Shown: piece after piece, positions 62,901-64,000 of the stretch | Numbering within the stretch: position 1 is the stretch's first letter | Layout of the letters: each line of letters opens with the position of its first letter | Position numbers and translations under genes: made by a program | Source of the DNA: Eledone cirrhosa | Lineage: Eukaryota | Direction: 5' to 3' | NCBI GenBank assembly: GCA_964016885.1 | Contig: OZ024741.1 | Coordinates: 226,858,001-226,922,000 of the forward strand | Length of the DNA: 64,000 nucleotides | The notes under the pieces: model-generated | Seen by the model: only the letters and a program-made list of their open reading frames with translations | What the model was told of the DNA's origin: nothing | The model's database searches: none

Positions 62901-64000
62901 TATTATAGTATTTAGCCTAGTATAGGTGGTTTGGGAGTTACTGGGTATATAAAATAGCTTATTTTTATAACCGGATTTTGCTAAGGCTTCATTATAGTAT
63001 CCAGCATTGGAGTTGAATGCATTCTCACTATACGATAGCCTGCTAATTCTATTTGAAACTCCTTTAATAATAGCGTTTAGGACCGATTTAGGATGGTTGG
63101 AGCTGGCATTTACATAGGTTAGTTTTTCATTAGGTTTAAGGTACGGTACGAAGGTTTTATTTTCTAAGTCTAGGGTTGCATCTAAGAAGTTAATTGTTTT
63201 ATTATTCTTATCTATAGTAATACTAAGGTTGAAACTTTTAAAGAATCTATGCAGGTCTTTCTTGGTTCGTTCAATATTGTGCCTTTTATATTCAAGAGTG
63301 AATAAAGCATCGTCCCGATACAGCCCGCCGCGGAGGTTTGGGAATGTTTCATGTAACTCATTTAGGAGGTACAGTCCGACGAGATCCGTATCCTGTGCTG
63401 AGTCACTAGACCCCATAGTGATATCAAAGTTATTGGGTGTGTTCTTCCGGGTCCATAATTCGTCCTCAAACATGATTATCGTTTTACGCGCGGCAAGAAC
63501 AATATCAATCTGGGATCTAGTGAGGTCACTCTTCTGCATGGCCATGATAAGAGCCTTATTTAAGAGGATCGGGGAGATAGGGGTAAAGTATGCATCAATA
63601 TCAAACTGTATAAACCTAAGAGATTTATGGTTACTAATGCTTGAGAACCATTTTAATACCTCATCAGTGTTCCCCCACAGGTCTAGGTGAATTTTATTTT
63701 TGATAGCTGGTATAATTCCATCTAAAATCTTCTTGTTTATGATCCCTATATCTGATTTAGATGGGCTTATTAGCGTAACAGATGGCTTACTAATGAAATC
63801 AACCTTATGGTCCTTAAATATAAATCTAGGTTGTCTAGGGGCATAGGGTTGGGTATACTTCTCAAGCCCTAATTTCTCAACAATCGCACTTCCCTCCTTA
63901 TTAATCTCATCCAGGTTAGTATAGATAGATGTTTATAGTTTCTATAGAGTTCGTTATATATAGATTTACGATACGTATCATAGTCTATGCTATAGCTGTT
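59996..64000 (-). mobile_element. Naiad-like Penelope element, runs off window end; frameshifted
   Basis: RT FIQFDID, FDITMGS..LVGLYLL, GLYRDDAL, NFLDATL; CNC..CPL..C plus IVY..YIG GIY-YIG and CNLC..LLNRKSEIFSSCPH; about 1.8-kb 3' UTR ending in HHR, aataaa and (TA)n. Confidence 0.9.
60041..60085 (-). ncRNA. Type I hammerhead at Naiad 3' end
   Basis: CTGATGA-gtcc-tgca-atta-tgca-a-ggac-GAAA-cactg-TC-agc-aaataaa, weak stem I. Confidence 0.78.

Overview
AT-rich, repeat-saturated animal genomic DNA. A cephalopod (probably an octopus) is inferred from the tRNA-derived SINE families and the extreme (TA)n/(CA)n density. I can support no intact host gene. The window holds a decayed RTE LINE (2.3-4.5 kb), a near full-length decayed L1/Tx1-type LINE (51.3-57.1 kb, minus), two MITEs, many SINEs and two large CA-rich tandem arrays. 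It also holds a dozen or so families of Penelope-like elements (PLEs: Neptune-like and Naiad-like RT/GIY-YIG fragments plus non-coding derivatives), nearly all inserted in (TA)n tracts. Reading by hand gives about 30 hammerhead-ribozyme (HHR) motifs near the ends of these elements. The standout is a hammerhead whose three strands are in a non-circularly-permuted order: [stem III-UH-stem I] then [GAAA-stem III] then [stem I-CUGANGA]. It occurs in 6 copies from 3 diverged sequence types with compensatory base changes, 5 of them in 464- and 643-nt non-coding tandem units. Other findings are HHRs with non-canonical cores (U3-A8, A4, C4), retrozyme-like tandem units, a recurrent head-to-head 'two 3' ends' insertion architecture and an HDV-like ribozyme candidate. 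All structures were folded by eye and none is experimentally or computationally validated.
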